Below, one piece after another: positions 50,601 through 64,000 of a DNA stretch of 64,000 nucleotides (position 1 is its first letter; every line of letters begins with the position of its first letter). The notes beneath the pieces were generated by a model. The model had not been told where the DNA came from, did no database searches, and saw only the letters and a list, made by a program, of their open reading frames with translations. The stretch comes from Macrostomum hystrix (Eukaryota > Animalia > Platyhelminthes): NCBI GenBank assembly GCA_950097015.1, contig CATNEN010000038.1, forward strand, positions 13,206,001 to 13,270,000, given 5' to 3'. A program made the translations under genes and the position numbers.

Positions 50601-53600
50601 GACAGTGACAAGCGGGTTGATTCAAGTGTAAAGAACAATTAGAGCACCTTGCTCACGTGCTTGAAGAGCTTAACGCGTGCTGCTGGCACACATCACGTCA
50701 AACTCATATTGCAGGTATATTGCTAATATTTGAATATAAGGCTCTAGCTCGTTTTCTCGATTCAAAATATCGTTGACACTACCCCTGTCAGCAGATCTAG
50801 CGAAAGCTTGTTGCTGGCGATGTGAACACGCTATAACTAGCTGCTCTCGCGGATAGCGTTGGGCTGCTAAAGCAGTCCAGAAATAACTTTTGCAGCTTTA
50901 GCTAGCCTGTTTGACTATAAAGTGTTTTGATGCACGCCTATTCATGAACAAGTGTAAATGAACACGTGCTGGCACACATCGCGTCATACTCATATTTTAG
51001 GTATATTGCTAATATTCTAGAGATCAAGTTTGTTTTCCTGATTAAAAAGTGCGTTAAAACACACCCCTGTAGGCAGATGCATCTGAAGCTTGTTGCTTGC
51101 TCTGTGAACACGATATGGCTAGCTGCACTCGTGGATCGCATTAGGCTGCGATAGCAGCACTAAATTACATTTGCAGCTCTAGCTAGCCTGCTTGACAGTG
51201 ACAAGCGGGTTGATTCAAGTGTAAAGAACAATTAGAGCACCTTGCTCACGTGCTTGAAGAGCTTAACGCGTGCTGCTGGCACACATCACGTCAAACTCAT
51301 ATTTCAGGTATATTGCTAATATTTGAATATAAGGTTCTAGCTCGTTTTCTCGATTCAAAATATCGTTGACACTACCCCTGTCAGCAGATCTAGCGAAAGC
51401 TTGTTGCAGGCGATGTGAACACGCTATAACTAGCTGCTCTCGATGATAGCGTTGGGCTGCTAAAGAAGTACAGAAAAACTTTTGCAGCTTTAGCTAGCCT
51501 GTTTGACTATAAAGTGTTTTGATGCACGCCTATTCATGAACAAGTGTAAATAAACATGTGCTAGCACACATCGCGTCATACTCATATTTTTGGTATATTG
51601 CTAATATTCTAGAGATTTAAAGTTTGTTTTCCTGATTAAAAAGTGCGTTAAAACACACCCCTGTAGGCAGATGCATCTGAAGCTTGTTGCTTGCTCTGTG
51701 AACACGATATGGCTAGCTGCACTCGTGGATCGCATTAGGCTGCGATAGCAGCACTAAATTACATTTGCAGCTCTAGCTAGCCTGCTTGACAGTGACAAGC
51801 GGGTTGATTCAAATGTAAAGAACAATTAGAGCACCTTGCTCACGTGCTTGAAGAGCTTAACGCGTGCTGCTGGCACACATCACGTCAACCTCATATTTCA
51901 GGTATATTGCTAATATTCTGAATATAAGGTTCTAGCTCGTTTTCTCGATTGAAAAGATCGTTGACAATTCCCCTGTCAGCAGATCTAGCGAAAGCTTGTT
52001 GCTGGCGATGTGAACACGCTATAACTAGCTGCTCTCGCGGATAGCGTAGGGCTGCTAAAGCAGTACAGAAATAACTTTTGCAGCTTTAGCTAGCCTGTTT
52101 GACTATAAAGTGTTTTGATGCACGCCTATTCATGAACAAGTGTAAATGAACATGTGCTAGCACACATCGCGTCATACTCATATTTTTGGTATATTGCTAA
52201 TATTCTAGACATCAAGTTTGTTTTCCTGATTAAAAAGTGCGTTAAAACACACCCCTGTAGGCAGATGCATCTGAAGCTTGTTGCTTGCTCTGTGAACACG
52301 ATATGGCTAGCTGCACTCGTGGATCGCATTAGGCTGCGATAGCAGCACTAAATTACATTTGCAGCTCTAGCTAGCCTGCTTGACAGTGACAAGCGGGTTG
52401 ATTCAAGTGTAAAGAACAATTAGAGCACCTTGCTCACGTGCTTGAAGAGCTTAACGCGTGCTGCTGGCACACATCACGTCAAACTCATATTTCAGGTATA
52501 TTGCTAATGTTTGAATATAAGGCTCTAGCTCGTTTTCTCGATTCAAAATATCGTTGACACTACCCCTGTCAGCAGATCTAGCGAAAGCTTGTTGCTGGCG
52601 ATGTGAACACGCTATAACTAGCTGCTCTCGCGGATAGCGTAGGGCTGCTAAAGCAGTACAGAAATAACTTTTGCAGCTTTAGCTAGCCTGTTTGACTATA
52701 AAGTGTTTTGATGCACGCCTATTCATGAACAAGTGCAAATGAACATGTGCTAGCACACATCGCGTCATACTCATATTTTAGGTATATTGCTAATATTCTA
52801 GCCATCAAGTTTGTTTTCCTGATTAAAAAGTGCGTTAAAACACACCCCTGTAGGCAGATGCATCTGAAGCTTGTTGCTTGCTCTGTGAACACGATATGGC
52901 TAGCTGCACTCGTGGATCGCATTAGGCTGCGATAGCAGCACTAAATTACATTTGCAGCTCTAGCTAGCCTGCTTGACAGTGACAAGCGGGTTGATTCAAG
53001 TGTAAAGAACAATTAGAGCACCTTGCTCACGTGCTTGAAGAGCTTAACGCGTGCTGCTGGCACACATCACGTCAAACTCATATTTCAGGTATATTGCTAA
53101 TATTTGAATATAAGGTTCTAGCTCGTTTTCTCGATTCAAAATATCGTTGACACTACCCCTGTCAGCAGATCTAGCGAAAGCTTGTTGCAGGCGATGTGAA
53201 CACGCTATAACTAGCTGCTCTCGATGATAGCGTTGGGCTGCTAAAGAAGTACAGAAAAACTTTTGCAGCTTTAGCTAGCCTGTTTGACTATAAAGTGTTT
53301 TGATGCACGCCTATTCATGAACAAGTGTAAATAAACATGTGCTAGCACACATCGCGTCATACTCATATTTTAGGTATATTGCTAATATTCTAGAGATTTA
53401 AAGTTTGTTTTCCTGATTAAAAAGTGCGTTAAAACACACCCCTGTAGGCAGATGCATCTGAAGCTTGTTGCTTGCTCTGTGAACACGATATGGCTAGCTG
53501 CACTCGTGGATCGCATTAGGCTGCGATAGCAGCACTAAATTACATTTGCAGCTCTAGCTAGCCTGCTTGACAGTGACAAGCGGGTTGATTCAAGTGTAAA

Positions 53601-56310
53601 GAACAATTAGAGCACCTTGCTCACGTGCTTGAAGAGCTTAACGCGTGCTGCTGGCACACATCACGTCAAACTCATATTTCAGGTATATTGCTAATATTTG
53701 AATATAAGGCTCTAGCTCGTTTTCTCGATTCAAAATATCGTTGACACTACCCCTGTCAGCAGATCTAGCGAAAGCTTGTTGCTGGCGATGTGAACACGCT
53801 ATAACTAGCTGCTCTCGCGGATAGCGTTGGGCTGCTAAAGCAGTCCAGAAATAACTTTTGCAGCTTTAGCTAGCCTGTTTGACTATAAAGTGTTTTGATG
53901 CACGCCTATTCATGAACAAGTGTAAATGAACACGTGCTGGCACACATCGCGTCATACTCATATTTTAGGTATATTGCTAATATTCTAGAGATCAAGTTTG
54001 TTTTCCTGATTAAAAAGTGCGTTAAAACACACCCCTGTAGGCAGATGCATCTGAAGCTTGTTGCTTGCTCTGTGAACACGATATGGCTAGCTGCACTCGT
54101 GGATCGCATTAGGCTGCGATAGCAGCACTAAATTACATTTGCAGCTCTAGCTAGCCTGCTTGACAGTGACAAGCGGGTTGATTCAAGTGTAAAGAACAAT
54201 TAGAGCACCTTGCTCACGTGCTTGAAGAGCTTAACGCGTGCTGCTGGCACACATCACGTCAAACTCATATTTCAGGTATATTGCTAATATTTGAATATAA
54301 GGTTCTAGCTCGTTTTCTCGATTCAAAATATCGTTGACACTACCCCTGTCAGCAGATCTAGCGAAAGCTTGTTGCAGGCGATGTGAACACGCTATAACTA
54401 GCTGCTCTCGATGATAGCGTTGGGCTGCTAAAGAAGTACAGAAAAACTTTTGCAGCTTTAGCTAGCCTGTTTGACTATAAAGTGTTTTGATGCACGCCTA
54501 TTCATGAACAAGTGTAAATAAACATGTGCTAGCACACATCGCGTCATACTCATATTTTTGGTATATTGCTAATATTCTAGAGATTTAAAGTTTGTTTTCC
54601 TGATTAAAAAGTGCGTTAAAACACACCCCTGTAGGCAGATGCATCTGAAGCTTGTTGCTTGCTCTGTGAACACGATATGGCTAGCTGCACTCGTGGATCG
54701 CATTAGGCTGCGATAGCAGCACTAAATTACATTTGCAGCTCTAGCTAGCCTGCTTGACAGTGACAAGCGGGTTGATTCAAATGTAAAGAACAATTAGAGC
54801 ACCTTGCTCACGTGCTTAAAGAGCTTAACGCGTGCTGCTGGCACACATCACGTCAACCTCATATTTCAGGTATATTGCTAATATTCTGAATATAAGGTTC
54901 TAGCTCGTTTTCTCGATTGAAAAGATCGTTGACAATTCCCCTGTCAGCAGATCTAGCGAAAGCTTGTTGCTGGCGATGTGAACACGCTATAACTAGCTGC
55001 TCTCGCGGATAGCGTAGGGCTGCTAAAGCAGTACAGAAATAACTTTTGCAGCTTTAGCTAGCCTGTTTGACTATAAAGTGTTTTGATGCACGCCTATTCA
55101 TGAACAAGTGTAAATGAACATGTGCTAGCACACATCGCGTCATACTCATATTTTAGGTATATTGCTAATATTCTAGACATCAAGTTTGTTTTCCTGATTA
55201 AAAAGTGCGTTAAAACACACCCCTGTAGGCAGATGCATCTGAAGCTTGTTGCTTGCTCTGTGAACACGATATGGCTAGCTGCACTCGTGGATCGCATTAG
55301 GCTGCGATAGCAGCACTAAATTACATTTGCAGCTCTAGCTAGCCTGCTTGACAGTGACAAGCGGGTTGATTCAAATGTAAAGAACAATTAGAGCACCTTG
55401 CTCACGTGCTTGAAGAGCTTAACGCGTGCTGCTGGCACACATCACGTCAAACTCATATTTGAGGTATATTGCTAAAATTCTAAATATAGGGTTCTAGCTC
55501 GTTTTCTCGATTCATAATATCGTTCACAATTCCCCTGTCAGCAGATCTAGCGAAAGCTTGTTGCTGGCGATGTGAACACGCTATAACTAGCTGCTCTCGA
55601 TGATAGCGTTGGGCTGCTAAAGAAGTACAGAAAAACTTTTGCAGCTTTAGCTAGCCTGTTTGACTATAAAGTGTTTTGATGCACGCCTATTCATGAACAA
55701 GTGTAAATGAACATGTGCTGGCACACATCGCGTCATACTCATATTTTAGGTATATTGCTAATATTCTAGAGATCAAGTTTGTTTTCCTGATTAAAAAGTG
55801 CGTTAAAACACACCCCTGTAGGCAGATGCATCTGAAGCTTGTTGCTTGCTCTGTGAACACGATATGGCTAGCTGCACTCGTGGATCGCATTAGGCTGCGA
55901 TAGCAGCACTAAATTACATTTGCAGCTCTAGCTAGCCTGCTTGACAGTGACAAGCGGGTTGATTCAAATGTAAAGAACAATTAGAGCACCTTGCTCACGT
56001 GCTTGAAGAGCTTAACGCGTGCTGCTGGCACACATCACGTCAAACTCATATTTCAGGTATATTGCTAAAATTCTAAATATAGGGTTCTAGCTCGTTTTCT
56101 CGATTCATAATATCGTTCACAATTCCCCTGTCAGCAGATCTAGCGAAAGCTTGTTGCTGGCGATGTGAACACGCTATAACTAGCTGCTCTCGCGGATAGC
56201 GTAGGGCTGCTAAAGAAGTACACAAAAACTTTTGCAGCTTTAGCTAGCCTGTTTGACTATAAAGTGTTTTGATGCACGCCTATTCATGAACAAGTGTAAA
56301 TGAACATGTG

Positions 56311-56596
56311 CTGGCACACATCGCGTCATACTCATATTTCAGGTATATTGCTAATATTTGAATATAAGGTTCTAGCTCGTTTTCTCGATTAAAGTGATCG
56401 TTGAAAATTCCCCTGTCAGCAGATCTAGCGAAAGCTTGTTGATGGCGATGTGAACACGCTATAACTAGCTGCTCTCGCGGATAGCGTAGGGCTGCTAAAG
56501 CAGTACAGAAATAACTTTTGCAGCTTTAGCTAGCCTGTTTGACTATAAAGTGTTTTGATGCACGCCTATTCATGAACAAGTGTAAATGAACATGTG
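56311..56596 (+). repeat. Hybrid half-monomer (~286 bp; A-to-B crossover within CTCATATTT, 56331-56339)
   Basis: A-type acatcgcgtcatactcatattt continues as B-type caggtatattgctaatatttgaatataagg. Anchor spacing 55715 to 57189 = 2x594 + 286. Confidence 0.9.
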
Positions 56597-59352
56597 CTGG
56601 CACACATCGCGTCATACTCATATTTTAGGTATATTGCTAATATTCTAGAGATTTAAAGTTTGTTTTCCTGATTAAAAAGTGCGTTAAAACACACCCCTGT
56701 AGGCAGATGCATCTGAAGCTTGTTGCTTGCTCTGTGAACACGATATGGCTAGCTGCACTCGTGGATCGCATTATTCTGCGATAGCAGCACTAAATTACAT
56801 TTGCAGCTCTAGCTAGCCTGCTTGACAGTGACAAGCGGGTTGATTCAAATGTAAGGAACAATTAGAGCACCTTGCTCACGTGCTTGAAGAGCTTAACGCG
56901 TGCTGCTGGCACACATCACGTCAAACTCATATTTGAGGTATATTGCTAAAATTCTAAATATAGGGTTCCAGCTCGTTTTCTCGATTCATAATATCGTTCA
57001 CAATTCCCCTGTCAGCAGATCTAGCGAAAGCTTGTTGCTGGCGATGTGAACACGCTATAACTAGCTGCTCTCGCGGATAGCGTTGGGCTGCTAAAGAAGT
57101 ACAGAAAAACTTTTGCAGCTTTAGCTAGCCTGTTTGACTATAAAGTGATTTGATGCACGCCTATTCATGAACAAGTGTAGATGAACATGTGCTGGCACAC
57201 ATCGCGTCATACTCATATTTTAGGTATATTGTTAATATTCTAGAGATCAAGTTTGTTTTCCTGATTAAAAAGTGCGTTAAAACACACCCCTGTAGGCAGA
57301 TGCATCTGAAGCTTGTTGCTTGCTCTGTGAGCACGATATGGCTAGTTGCACTCGTGGATCGCATTAGGCTGCGATAGCAGCACTAAATTACATTTGCAGC
57401 TCTAGCTAGCCTGCTTGACAGTGACAAGCGGGTTGATTCAAGTGTAAAGAACAATTAGAGCACCTTGCTCACGTGCTTGAAGAGCTTAACGCGTGCTGCT
57501 GGCACACATCACGTCAAACTCATATTTCAGGTATATTGCTAATATTTGAATATAAGGTTCTAGCTCGTTTTCTCGATTGAACAGATCGTTGACAATCCCC
57601 CTGTCAGCAGATCTAGCGAAAGCTTGTTGCTGGCGATGCGAACACGCTATAACTAGCTGCTCTCGCGGATAGCGTTGGGCTGCTAAAGAAGTACAGAAAT
57701 AACTTTTGCAGCTTTTGCTAGCCTGTTTACTATAAAAAGTGTTTTGATGCACGCCTATTCATGAACAAGTGTAAATGAACATGTGCTGGCACACATCGCG
57801 TCATACTCATATTTTAGGTATATTGCTAATATTCTAGAGATCAAGTATGTTTTCCTGATTTAAAAGTGCGTTAAAACACACCCCTGTAGGCAGATGCATC
57901 TGAAGCTTGTTGCTTGCTCTGTGAACACGATATGGCTAGCTGCACTCGTGGATCGCATTAGGCTGCGATAGCAGCACTAAATTACATTTGCAGCTCTAGC
58001 TAGCCTGCTTGACAGTGACAAGCGGGTTGATTCAAGTGTAAAGAACAATTAGAGCACCTTGCTCACGTGCTTGAAGAGCTTAACGCGTGCTGCTGGCACA
58101 CATCACGTCAACCTCATATTTCAGGTATATTGCTAATATTCCGAATATAAGGTTCTAGCTCGTTTTCTCGATTCAAAATATCGTTCCCAATTCCCTGTCA
58201 GCAGATCTAGCGAAAGCGTGTTGCTGGCGATGTGAACACGCTATGACTAGCTGCTCTCGCGGATAGCGTAGGGCTGCTAAAGCAGTACAGAAATAACTTT
58301 TGCAGCTTTAGCTAGCCTGTTTGACTATAAAGTGTTTTGATGCACGCCTATTCATGAACAAGTGTAAATGAACATGTGCTGGCACACATCGCGTCATACT
58401 CATATTTTAGGTATATTGCTAATGTTCTAGAGATTTAAAGTTTGTTTTCCTGATTAAAAAGTGCGTTTAAACACACCTCTGTAGGCAGATGCATCTGAAG
58501 CTTGTTGCTTGCTCTGTGAACACGATATGGCTAGCTGCACTCGTGGATCGCATTGGGCTGCGATAGCAGCACTAAATTACATTTGCAGCTCTAGCTAGCC
58601 TGCTTGACAGTGACAAGCGGGTTGATTCAAGTGTAAAGAACAATTAGAGCACCTTGCTCACGTGCTTGAAGAGCTTAACGCGTGCTGCTGGCACACATCA
58701 AGTCCACCTCATATTTCAGGTATATTGCTAATATTTGAATATAAGGTTCTAGCTCGTTTTCTCGATTGAAAAGATCGTTGACAATCCCCCTGTCAGCAGA
58801 TCTAGCGAAAGCTTGTTGCTGGCGATGCGAACACGCTATAACTAGCTGCTCTCGCGGATAGCGTTGGGCTGCTAAAGAAGTACAGAAAAACTTTTGCAGC
58901 TTTAGCTAGCCTGTTTGACTATAAAGTGTTTTGATGCACGCCTATTCATGAACAAGTGTAAATGAACATGTGCTGGCACACATCGCGTCATACTCATATT
59001 TTAGGTATATTGCTAATATTCTAGAGATCAAGTATGTTTTCCTGATTAAAAAGTGCGTTAAAACACACCCCTGTAGGCAGATGCATCTGAAGCTTGTTGC
59101 TTGCTCTGTGAACACGATATGGCTAGCTGCACTCGTGGATCGCGTTGGGCTGCGATAGCAGCACTAAATTACATTTGCAGCTCTAGCTAGCCTGCTTGAC
59201 AGTGACAAGCGGGTTGATTCAAGTGTAAAGAAGAATATTCTAGAGATCAAGTTTGTTTTCCTGATTAAAAAGTGCGTTATAACACACCCCTGTAGGCAGA
59301 TGCATCTGAAGCTTGTTGCTTGCTCTGTGAACACGATATGGCTAGCTGCACT

Positions 59353-62300
59353 CGTGTTCACATCGCCAGTAACATGCTTTCGCTAGATCTGCTGACAGGG
59401 GAATTGTCAACGATCTCTTCAATCGAGAAAACCAGCTAGAACCTTATATTCAGAATATTAGCAATATTCCTGAAATATGAGGTGGACGTGATGTGTGCCA
59501 GCAGCACGCGTTAAGCTCTTCAAGCACGTGAGCAAGGTGCTCTAATTGTTCTTTACACTTGAATCAACCCGCTTGTCACTGTCAAGCAGGCTAGCTAGAG
59601 CTGCAAATGTAATTTAGTGCTGCTATCGCAGCCCAACGCGATCGACGAGTGCAGCTAGCCATATCGTGTTCACAGAGCAAGCAACAAGCTTCAGATGCAT
59701 CTGCCTACAGGGGTGTGTTTTAACGCACTTTTAAATCAGGAAAACATACTTGATCTCTAGAATATTAGCAATATACCTAAAATATGAGAAAGACGCGATG
59801 TGTGCCAGCACATGTTCATTTACACTTGTTCATGAATAGGCGTGCATCAAAACACTTTATAGTCAAACAGGCTAGCTAAAGCTGCAAAAGTTATTTCTGT
59901 ACTGCTTTTGCTTTAGCAGCCCAACGCTATCCGCGAGAGCAGCTAGTTATAGCGTGTTTACATCGCCAGCAACACGCTTTCGCTAGATCTGCTACCAGCG
60001 GAATTTTGAACGATATTATGAATCGAGAAAACGACCTAGAACCCTATATTTCGAATATTGCCAATATTCCTGAAATATGAGGTGTACGTGATGTGTGCCA
60101 GCAGCACGCGTTAAGCTCTTCAAGCACGTGAGCAAGGTGCTCTAATTGTTCTTTACACTTGAATCAACCCGCTTGTCACTGTCAAGCAGGCTAGCTAGAG
60201 CTGCAAATGTAATTTAGTGCTGCTATCGCAGCCCAACGCGATCCACGAGTGCAGCTAGCCATATCGTGTTCACAGAGCAAGCAACAAGCTTCAGATGCAT
60301 CTGCCTACAGGGGTGTGTTTTAACGCACTTTTTAATCAGGAAAACATACTTGATTTCTAGAATATTAGCAATATACCTAAAACATGAGTATGACGCGATG
60401 TGTGCCAGCACATGTTCATTTACACTTGTTCATGAATAGGCGTGCATCAAAACACTTTATAGTCAAACAGGCTAGCTAAAGCTGCAAAAGTTATTTCTGT
60501 ACTGCTTTAGCAGCCCTACGCTATCCGCGAGAGCAGCTAGTCATAGCGTGTTCACATCGCCAGCAACACGCTTTCGCTAGATCTGCTGACAGGGGAATTG
60601 TGAACGATATTCTGAATCGAGAAAACGGGCTAGAACCATATATTTAGAATTTTAGCAATATACCTGAAATATGAGTTTGACGTGATGTGTGCCAGCAGCA
60701 CGCGTTAAGCTCTTCAAGCACGTGAGCAAGGTGCTCTAATTGTTCTTTACACTTGAATCAACCCGCTTGTCACTGTCAAGCAGGCTAGCTAGAGCTGCAA
60801 ATGTAATTTAGTGCTGCTATCGCAGCCCAACGCGATCCACGAGTGCAGCTAGCCATATCGTGTTCACAGAGCAAGCAACAAGCTTCAGATGCATCTGCCT
60901 ACAGGGGTGTGTTTTAACGCACTTTTAAATCAGGAAAACATACTTGATCTCTAGAATATTAGCAATATACCTAAAATATGAGAAAGACGCGATGTGTGCC
61001 AGCACATGTTCATTTACACTTGTTCATGAATAGGCGTGCATCAAAACACTTTATAGTCAAACAGGCTAGCTAAAGCTGCAAAAGTTTTTCTGTACTTCTT
61101 TAGCAGCCCAACGCTATCCGCGAGAGCAGCTAGTTATGGCGTGTTTACATCGCCAGCAACACGCTTTCGCTAGATCTGCTGACAGGGGAATTTTGAACGA
61201 TATTATGAATCGAGAAACCGACCTAGAACCATATATTTCGAATATTGCCAATATTCCTGAAATATGAGGTGGACGTGATGTGTGCCAGCAGCACGCGTTA
61301 AGCTCTTCAAGCACGTGAGCAAGGTGCTCTAATTGTTCTTTACACTTGAATCAACCCGCTTGTCACTGTCAAGCAGGCTAGCTAGAGCTGCAAATGTAAT
61401 TTAGTGCTGCTATCGCAGCCCAACGCGATCCACGAGTGCAGCTAGCCATATCGTGTTCACAGAGCAAGCAACAAGCTTCAGATGCATCTGCCTACAGGGG
61501 TGTGTTTTAACGCACTTTTAAATCAGGAAAACATACTTGATCTCTAGAATATTAGCAATATACCTAAAATATGAGAAAGACGCGATGTGTGCCAGCACAT
61601 GTTCATTTACACTTGTTCATGAATAGGCGTGCATCAAAACACTTTATAGTCAAACAGGCTAGCTAAAGCTGCAAAAGTTTTTCTGTACTTCTTTAGCAGC
61701 CCAACGCTATCCGCGAGAGCAGCTAGTTATGGCGTGTTTACATCGCCAGCAACACGCTTTCGCTAGATCTGCTGACAGGGGAATTTTGAACGATATTATG
61801 AATCGAGAAACCGACCTAGAACCATATATTTCGAATATTGCCAATATTCCTGAAATATGAGGTGGACGTGATGTGTGCCAGCAGCACGCGTTAAGCTCTT
61901 CAAGCACGTGAGCAAGGTGCTCTAATTGTTCTTTACACTTGAATCAACCCGCTTGTCACTGTCAAGCAGGCTAGCTAGAGCTGCAAATGTAATTTAGTGC
62001 TGCTATCGCAGCCCAACGCGATCCACGAGTGCAGCTAGCCATATCGTGTTCACAGAGCAAGCAACAAGCTTCAGATGCATCTGCCTACAGGGGTGTGTTT
62101 TAACGCACTTTTAAATCAGGAAAACATACTTGATCTCTAGAATAGTAGCAATATACCTAAAATATGAGAAAGACGCGATGTGTGCCAGCACATGTTCATT
62201 TACACTTGTTCATGAATAGGCGTGCATCAAAACACTTTATAGTCAAACAGGCTAGCTAAAGCTGCAAAAGTTTTTCTGTACTTCTTTAGCAGCCCAACGC

Positions 62301-64000
62301 TATCATCGAGAGCAGCTAGTTATAGCGTGTTTACATCGCCAGCAACACGCTTTCGCTAGATCTGCTAACAGCGGAATTTTGAACGATATTATGAATCGAG
62401 AAAACGACCTAGAACCCTATATTTCGAGTATTGCCAATATTCCTGAAATATGAGGTGTACGTGATGTGTGCCAGCAGCACGCGTTAAGCTCTTCAAGCAC
62501 GTGAGCAAGGTGCTCTAATTGTTCTTTACACTTGAATCAACCCGCTTGTCACTGTCAAGCAGGCTAGCTAGAGCTGCAAATGTAATTTAGTGCTGCTATC
62601 GCAGCCCAACGCGATCCACGAGTGCAGCTAGCCATATCGTGTTCACAGAGCAAGCAACAAGCTTCAGATGCATCTGCCTACAGGGGTGTGTTTTAACGCA
62701 CTTTTAAATCAGGAAAACATACTTGATCTCTAGAATATTAGCAATATACCTAAAATATAAGAAAGACGCGATGTGTGCCAGCACATGTTCATTTACACTT
62801 GTTCATGAATAGGCGTGCATCAAAACACTTTATAGTCAAACAGGCTAGCTAAAGCTGCAAAAGTTATTTCTGTACTGCTTTAGCAGCCCTACGCTATCCA
62901 CGAGAGCAGCTAGTCATAGCGTGTTCACATCGCCAGCAACACGCTTTCGCTAGATCTGCTGACAGGGGAATTGTGAACGATATTCTGAATCGAGAAAACG
63001 GGCTAGAACCATATATTTAGAATTTTAGCAATATACCTGAAATATGAGTTTGACGTGATGTGTGCCAGCAGCACGCGTTAAGCTCTTCAAGCACGTGAGC
63101 AAGGTGCTCTAATTGTTCTTTACACTTGAATCAACCCGCTTGTCACTGTCAAGCAGGCTAGCTAGAGCTGCAAATGTAATTTAGTGCTGCTATCGCAGCC
63201 CAACGCGATCCACGAGTGCAGCTAGCCATATCGTGTTCACAGAGCAAGCAACAAGCTTCAGATGCATCTGCCTACAGGGGTGTGTTTTAACGCACTTTTA
63301 AATCAGGAAAACATACTTGATCTCTAGAATATTAGCAATATACCTAAAATATGAGAAAGACGCGATGTGTGCCAGCACATGTTCATTTACACTTGTTCAT
63401 GAATAGGCGTGCATCAAAACACTTTATAGTCAAACAGGCTAGCTAAAGCTGCAAAAGTTTTTCTGTACTTCTTTAGCAGCCCAACGCTATCCGCGAGAGC
63501 AGCTAGTTATGGCGTGTTTACATCGCCAGCAACACGCTTTCGCTAGATCTGCTGACAGGGGAATTTTGAACGATATTATGAATCGAGAAACCGACCTAGA
63601 ACCATATATTTCGAATATTGCCAATATTCCTGAAATATGAGGTGGACGTGATGTGTGCCAGCAGCACGCGTTAAGCTCTTCAAGCACGTGAGCAAGGTGC
63701 TCTAATTGTTCTTTACACTTGAATCAACCCGCTTGTCACTGTCAAGCAGGCTAGCTAGAGCTGCAAATGTAATTTAGTGCTGCTATCGCAGCCCAACGCG
63801 ATCCACGAGTGCAGCTAGCCATATCGTGTTCACAGAGCAAGCAACAAGCTTCAGATGCATCTGCCTACAGGGGTGTGTTTTAACGCACTTTTAAATCAGG
63901 AAAACATACTTGATCTCTAGAATATTAGCAATATACCTAAAATATGAGAAAGACGCGATGTGTGCCAGCACATGTTCATTTACACTTGTTCATGAATAGG
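59353..64000 (-). repeat. Satellite array in inverted orientation (~8 monomers); continues off the right edge
   Basis: Reverse complement of the monomer from cgtgttcacatcgcc onward; the 62-aa pseudo-ORF appears on the - strand at 60223-60411. Confidence 0.98.

Larger units (their letters stand above)
47675..59356 (+). repeat. Satellite array continued, forward orientation (~19-20 monomers)
   Basis: Same monomer, with the same diagnostic variants as 37.4-42.7 kb (gctagcacac, aagtttg, gacactacccc) up to ~55 kb. Confidence 0.99.

Noticed and set aside
67-63687. Dozens of repeated 62-88 aa ORFs (MLAHIASY..., MHQNTFYS..., MRST/MRSM..., MLEELNAC...)
   Set aside because: Chance ORFs in the satellite monomer. 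Many use GTG/TTG starts, they overlap on opposite strands, are freely broken by stops and indels in neighbouring copies, and have no recognisable domain.

Overview
Eukaryotic (probably animal) heterochromatin, not a gene-bearing region. About 92% of the window is one tandem satellite with a ~594-bp monomer (~99 copies). The monomer is itself a dimer of two diverged homologous subunits (A ~307 bp, B ~287 bp), arranged in sequence-variant domains with shifting higher-order periods. Four kinds of event interrupt the array. (1) A 165-bp GC-rich foreign insert carrying a 21-bp hairpin (37221-37385). (2) A complete, very young 4967-bp LTR retroelement on the - strand (42708-47674): two 1045-bp TG...CA LTRs with no difference found by eye, a 4-bp AGAG TSD, a PBS and a PPT. 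It encodes only one intact 689-aa Ty3/Gypsy-type Gag with an unusually long acidic C-terminal extension, and no protease, RT, RNase H or integrase. (3) Half-monomers made by A/B crossovers. (4) A fold-back-like inversion of the array at ~59355. The many 62-88 aa ORFs in the track are satellite artefacts. The best candidate for a novel system is the gag-only, satellite-inserted LTR element, with a candidate spliced gag mRNA, a MEF2/E-box/FOX/AP-1-dense U3 and SH2-ligand-like motifs in the Gag tail. All comparisons were made by eye; no searches were run.
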